Shown piece by piece: positions 35,141 through 40,686 of a stretch of DNA of 40,686 nucleotides. How positions within the stretch are numbered: position 1 is the stretch's first letter; each line of letters starts with the position of its first letter. A model generated the notes under the pieces. That model saw only the letters and a list, made by a program, of their open reading frames with translations, did not search any database and was not told the origin of the DNA. Location: assembly GCA_002269645.1 (NCBI GenBank), contig NIVC01004606.1:1-40686 (forward strand). Direction: 5' to 3'. The DNA comes from Macrostomum lignano (lineage: Eukaryota). The position numbers and the translations under genes were made by a program.

Positions 35141-36359
35141 AACTACGCACAGGTTTGTGTTAAAAGGCACTGATAAGAATATTGAACTAATTGAATCAAT
35201 TCATTGCGCAACCGATTTCACAGTCAGTCAGTACCAGTCTCAGTTAAAGTTAACAAAAACATTGCGCAATCTAAATCAACCCTCCAATACACAGCAGCAG
35301 TGAGAAGTTGAACCCTCCCCCCAACTTTATCTATTACGTCTCGCAAAACTGAGTACAATCTTTGCAGAAAGTTAAAAGTATGGAAATAGTTTTTCAAATG
35401 CTGTGCTTTTTCTTTTCATATTTAAAGCAAACAACTTATATCCCCGAACTCAGCGTTGCAAGATCTTTCCAGCAATATAAGTTTCTCTTCTCAAAGTTTA
35501 AAACTCGAGGAACAGTTAGCGTTTGAAATTTACCGATTTCCCAACTGCTTGCTAGAGAAGCTCGCAAGTTTATTCATTGAAATTCACTGCCCAGCTAATA
35601 CACAGGGCCGATAATAAAACCAATTGAATCTCGGCACAGTTCTATCTGTTTACAACAGCTATGTACACTCAGCCCAAGCCCAACCCCCCCGTTCCGGGGA
35701 ATCATTAAATTTAACTCAACCCCTCAACTCGCGGGGTTTTATTTGCATTGAACGCAGAACACGCGCACCCACCACCCCTCAATACACAGCGGCCCGCGAG
35801 CGGAGGTTGGGGTGGCTATTTTTACAAACTGGCTGAAGCCCCAGGCAGAGTAGCAAAAGAAGGTTATTGGGGGTCAAAAAGGCAGTTTTCTGCTTTTTTT
35901 GAGGATCTTAGAAATTAAAATTTCAGAATTAAAATAGCCTATAGCCGACCTCGGATAATTTCCAATCTTCCCAACCTTAAAGCAGAAATTAAGGTGCAAG
36001 TTTTCCCGTTTCTTACTTGCAGAGCGCAATGTACACTCTGTGATGAGTTAAAAAATCAAGCCATCCATTCTCGCGCAGTGTGCACCTCCACCCCTTTTTA
36101 ACACTGAGCAAGTAGGCCGCCAATTCTCAAGTGCCGGCGACCCTCCCCCAGCTGAAATGAAATACACTGCAGAGATAGGAGAAAAGTTGTGGCGCAACCA
36201 TACAAAATAGCGTCAAGTGGGAAGTCCATGGAATGCGATATATAGACATCTGGTCTGGCTGTCTGGTTTGTGCTGTTTTCTGCTTTTTTGAAGCACTTAA
36301 AATTGAAATTTGAAAATGAATTTTAAATTGTAGCATCGTCGGGACATTTGACATGTTTT

Positions 36360-36470
36360 GGTACCGGTTTGAAAGTTGAGTTGCAAGAATCCTAGGAGGA
36401 GATCGTCGACAAACCCGGCCCACCGGCCCACCCTACCACCGGACCACGACGTCAGCTTTAGTATATAGAG
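36360..36470 (+). mobile_element. Second Helentron/HINE-like terminal segment
   Basis: GAATCCTAGGAGGAGATCG...CCGGCCCACCGGCCC...GACGTCAGCTTTAGTATATAGAG shares the TTTAGTATATAGA end motif with 33711-33723. Confidence 0.35.
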
Positions 36471-36690
36471 GATTCGAAATGCTCTTATAACAGTTATGGT
36501 CTAATTTCAGACTGAAATTTTGATTGTTGTCACAGTGGAAACAATTCTTTTACTGTGCAACTTGCACATTTAATGACAGGCACAAAGGCAGGTTTATGAG
36601 TTCCAGTGGGACAAGACATGGCGGTGAATAAAATAAAGTGGAGGCCTTGCTGTGTACACTTTTGGTTTTGCTATGTACACCATTGCATGC

Positions 36691-36763
36691 TGTTTATTGT
36701 AGATCATTGCAGACTGTTTATTCCTTTACAACAGTTTATTCTGTGTTTATTAGACTGTTTATT
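36691..36763 (-). terminator. Cluster of five AATAAA hexamers, putative poly(A) signals downstream of the pogo/OTU reading frame
   Basis: Plus-strand GTTTATT near 36692, 36716, 36734, 36745 and 36757, i.e. AATAAAC on the minus strand. Confidence 0.4.
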
Positions 36764-36974
36764 CAATGACACAGTTCCAAAGCTACTTTACTTTGTTGCA
36801 CCAGTTTTAAGAACAATTCACAAGCACTTTCTTTTGTGTGACTCTGTTTTTTTTCAAATTGATCCTTGGACATTTTTCTTAACAATTGATAAGCAAAACA
36901 GTGCAAAATGACTATGTGTGATTGCAGTGGTTTGCAGGTTGCTCATTAGTTTAGTTGCACGCTTAGAGTGCTAG

Positions 36975-37415
36975 GGTGCTCATTGATCAAGAATTTCTAG
37001 CCAAAGTATATGCTAGACTGCCAGAAGTCCAATGGACATATCCGTTAAAAGTCACAATGGTCGTTTAGATAGTTGGGATGGTGCAGGAAGTATAGTCAGT
37101 GCAACAAGGAGTCTCACATTGCTCATTGGTAAGGCTTGATCAAGAATTTCTAGCCAAAGTATATGCTAGACTGCTAGAAATCCAATGGATACATCCGTTG
37201 AAGGTCCCGATAGTTGTCCAGATGGTCGGGATGGTGCAGGAAGTATAGTGAGTGCGACAGGTAGTGTCATGTTGCTCATTGGTGAGGCTTGATCAAGAAT
37301 TTCTAGCCAAAGTATATGCTAGACTGCTAGAAGTCCAATGGACATATCTGTTGAAGGTCCCAATGGTCATCCAGATGGTCAGGATGGTACAGGAAGTATA
37401 GTGAGTGCAATTAGT
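36975..37415 (-). repeat. 153-bp tandem repeat, ~3 copies (51 codons; decayed Pro/Ser-rich coding repeat by inference)
   Basis: TGATCAAGAATTTCTAGCCAAAG starts at 36984, 37137 and 37290 (period 153). One minus-strand frame reads ALTILPAPSRPSGQLSGPSTDVSIGFLAV*HILWLEILDQ. Confidence 0.85.
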
Positions 37416-37689
37416 TGTAGGATGCTTATTGACAAGATTTCATAATAAATATTTGACCAATTTTTTTTTCGGATCTTAAATTCCGATGATGTCAGAATAT
37501 GCTCATTGAATCTCCTGACAATGGTTAACTGTCAGATGCCAGAGACAGCCAAGGGACTCGCCAGCCGCAAATGCACTGGAGCTCAAGTCGGTGAGGGTCA
37601 GTTGGTCAGTCGGTAAATTATTTATTTATAATTAGTATGTATTCTTAAATCACTTGGCCCTGTGGCAGAACCTAAGCTGGCGCACTATA

Positions 37690-38110
37690 TAGACAAAAGC
37701 AGCATGTAATGATGTTCTGCAATGTGAGCCACCAGTAGAGGACCACTGGTTGGCTTTGTCTGCAATGGTTCAATAACTCTCTATAGATGGCTTTGATGCG
37801 GCATGCAAGTTCTTGACTTTTTCAATGCAGTGGGTAGGAAAATATGAATTTCACACTTTAATATATGGCTAGTAGACAGTACTACAATATTCTCAACGTA
37901 GGAAGTTGGCTTTCGCATGTTGTCCAGGTAGGTAATCAGATTCATGCCAGATTCGTTGAAGTCTTTAGAAACTTTAAAAAATTCTGGGTTTATTAGTTTG
38001 GTGCATGCCAAAGTGTGGAGTCTTATAGGGTCCTTATAGGGAAAGCAGTTGGCAAATAGAGTCAAAAAAGCAATTGCTATCAGCAGCAGCATCACCCAAG
38101 ATGCACCCTA
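37690..38110 (-). pseudogene. OTU-family cysteine protease (deubiquitinase-like) domain, disrupted
   Basis: GDAAADSNCFFDSICQL (Cys loop, Cys codon 38070-38072); after a frameshift YLDNMRKPTSYVENIVVLSTSHILKCEIHIF (variable-loop region); after a TAG at 37781-37783, PLLVAHIAEHHYMLL (His loop, His codon 37709-37711, same frame). Confidence 0.75.
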
Positions 38111-40023
38111 GCCTCTTGCCAATTAAGCGCAGTTTAGATTTTGCATTCTGCAATTCAGCCACTGGATTGAGACTTCTAATCTGGGCCATCTTCTGTAGCT
38201 GCCACTGCTGTGCTGCTGTGGCCTTGTTTTTTTTCATTTCAGCTAGCACTCCTTGGCATTTTAATTGTGCCAATTGTCGATTTCTCGCTTTTGGATTTCT
38301 CTTTGACAAAGAACTTCCAGAAACTTTGGGCTGGTCAATTTAGGCATGCCCGCTTCCCTCGCAATTGAAGGCCGCTGTCGCTTAGGCTGATTAGCTTTTG
38401 GCTTAGGCTACAACATTTCAAGATGGTTGTATTGGTGAGCCACTGAACGTAAAATTTCAAGTGTTGAATTCGGTGAAGACTTTAGAGTCAGAGAGATAGC
38501 ACTTTGATCGGCATCTAAATCAATGCTAGTGGTGCTCACTAAGCAGCTCGGTGCCTCGCCATCACCTTAGACAGCTGAGGTGACATTGCTGCTTGGCACC
38601 TCGCCATCGCCTTGGACAGCCAAGGTGGCATTGCCGCTCGATGCCTTGCCATGGCCTTGGGCAGTCATTGTCGCAGTTGCACCCACTTGCTGGCTGGCCA
38701 AACTGGAGGCAACATACAACTTGTCATATAATAAGGCTTCTAGGTTGAATGGAAAGAGGCCACACACTCGAAACCCAGACTTTACATTGGTAATGGAGAT
38801 TGACTCAGCCAAAGAAGACAAAAACAGTTGTATAAAGTCCATATTACACAGAACTCCAGCTGAATCTAGCCTCGCTTGCTGCGCAATGAGATTGTTCCAA
38901 GCAGCCTTAACTGATCAAAAGACTGCAACATCCAAAGGCTGCATTACATGCATTGTGTTTGGGACTTGGCCAAAAATGTAGACCTGTTTAATAATTTCAG
39001 AATTAATAAATATCTATGAATTGTCAACTGATAGAAGAAAAGATAAAGGGATTATCAATTAAAACAAGATATACAATACCTGATAGAAAGATCAGAATGA
39101 AACAAAATATACTAGCTAGTTTTTTTTACTTTTCAGGAACTCATATAATTAGATAGATTACAGTTAAAGCCTGTTTACATTTTCCTTGCTTAGCAGCTCC
39201 AACATCTAAGCATTATGTTGCAAATTGTAATTATTGCAAAATAAAATCACAGGTCTTCTGATTTTTTCTACTCTAGGTAGGATAGGAATGTCTCCATGAC
39301 CCACTTCCAAAACGACTCCCTGGTCAACCAACCTTTCTTTGTCATGGAATAGTTGTAAATGTCCGCAACATTATGTCTCTTTCCTGCAAAAACAAAATGC
39401 GGTGGCAGCATAGATCACAAGCCTGGATTGTAACCATGATGGTAGCATTTTCTTTTCTACTGTCTTAGTGTAAACAAATTTGGATCCCTTTCTAACAACT
39501 ACTTTGCGGGACTTTCTAGCAAAGTAAGCGCTGAAGTATCTGCTTCTTAGTGACTAAATATTGGGTGTAGTTGATCGGTTGAGGTGTCCAGATTGACAGG
39601 ACACTCTGGTGGCACACAAAGAAGCAGTTTAGCCAACCTTCTGTCATCGTCACTTTTTTTACAGTTTTTAAACTGATCTGAGTTGTCACTAAAAGCAGAA
39701 ATTTCTTTAGGGCTAGAGAGGCCATCTCCAGGACCTGTACTCTAGTCATTGGGATATGCTGCCTTTGCATTGCTAATGTCTCAACAAAGACAGCTTCCTC
39801 TTTGACTGTGAAAACCTGTTTCTGTGAATTAAAAAGGCTTTTGGGGTTTGTTAGATGAAACCTTCCTTATGTGATAAAGCAAAATTTGATGAAAAACACC
39901 AAATCGCTGCACAATGCTCCTATAACTTAACTTTTGAACTTTCACCTGCTTCAAGGAATGTAATAACAACCTGCACAGCTTCATCAAGGTCCTTCACTCA
40001 AGATCTTACCTGATTTTAGCCAT
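38110..40023 (-). pseudogene. pogo/Tigger/Fot1-type transposase pseudogene (psq-like HTH, CENP-B/Tc5 HTH, DDE_1, linker, coiled-coil)
   Basis: Across frameshifts and stops: KLSYRSIVQRFGV; FTVKEEAVFVE...PMTRVQVLEMA...GWLNCFFVCH...LSIWTP; KVVVRKGSKFVY...LPPHFVFAGKR...GWLTRESFWKW...RRPVILF; PNTMHVMQPLDVAVF*SVKAAW; NVKSGFRVCGLFPFN; LTSPKFLEVLCQREIQK. The first catalytic Asp region appears deleted. TIRs not located. Confidence 0.85.
38984..39178 (-). other. Predicted 195-bp phase-0 GT-AG intron in the pogo-type transposase
   Basis: GAAAAT|GTAAAC ... TTAAACAG|GTCTAC. Splicing joins ...SKEN to VYIFGQVPNTMHVMQPLD, restoring the usual spacing before the QPLD motif. The intervening DNA is AT-rich and full of stops. 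Confidence 0.7.
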
Positions 40024-40059
40024 TAGCCTAGTCTTAAACAAAATTCTAACAGGTAGACA

Positions 40060-40470
40060 AAGTATAACAGGAAAAAATATGCTAAGAAGTAAGCAAAGTA
40101 GATAAAGTAGAATAGGCAGTTTAGGTAGGCAAAGTAGATTTAGTAGACAAGGCTAGTTAAATAGTCAAAGCAGTTTATTTAGATAATACAGTAAGTTATT
40201 GTAAATAGGCAAAAGTATGAGTAGGTTAAGTAGACAAGGTTGTTAAGTAAGCAAAGTAGGTTAAATAGACAAGGTTGTTAAGTAAGCAAAGTAGGTTGTA
40301 GATAAGGTTGGTTAATTATAGACAAAATAGTTTATTTAAATAGTACAGTATGTTAAGTAGGCAAGACAGTCTACATAGGTAGGCAAAGTAGGTTGGGGAG
40401 AAAAGGTAGGTTATTTAGGTTAAGTAGGCAAAGTACTCTAAGTTGACAATGTAGCAAAAGTAAAATATGA
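40060..40470. repeat. Decayed minisatellite (TAGGCAAAGTAGGTT-like)
   Basis: Recurrent (T/A)AGGCAAAGTAG and TAGACAAGG motifs, including a near-exact duplication AGACAAGGTTGTTAAGTAAGCAAAGTAGG at about 40231-40295. Confidence 0.6.
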
Positions 40471-40686
40471 GTATAAGTATACAAGCCAGCAAAATTGACT
40501 TAACAATGTTTGAAGTGACCTCCAAAAACTTTCAGATTAGCAGTTGCAAAATGGTTCGAATGCTGTTGATTTAATGTTTAGAAGGTTTAAGAAAAAAACT
40601 AAGTATATCTTATTGCTGGATACATATAGCCAAAGATACTCGCTACAACTTCCGGCGCTATTGTTAAAGAGCGAATAAGAATCCTA

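Noticed and set aside
34831-35303. ORFs with EILSV repeats and VRVRVR
   Set aside because: They simply translate the 30-bp subrepeats and the TTAGGG tract.

Overview
Eukaryotic, AT-rich, repeat-dominated window, most consistent with an invertebrate animal that uses TTAGGG telomeres (organism not identifiable from sequence alone). The only intact protein-coding gene I can support is an intronless, divergent Polo-like kinase (6085-7770, +) with a complete kinase domain and two degenerate polo boxes. The rest is transposon and tandem-repeat DNA: a solo LTR with ATAT target-site duplication (TSD) and a MEF2/CRE/AP-1 motif cluster; an internally deleted IS630/Tc1-type element; nested hAT-type MITEs, the innermost carrying a 64-nt 28S rRNA fragment spanning the R2/Pokey/I-PpoI target site; a ~960-bp foldback element; piggyBac remnants; a ~14.5-kb 22/23-bp satellite that grew out of a CCCTAA-containing dispersed repeat; a ~950-bp polypyrimidine tract; and a decayed, intron-containing pogo-type transposase gene followed by an OTU cysteine-protease domain. 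All alignments were done by eye, so family assignments rest on recalled motifs rather than database searches.
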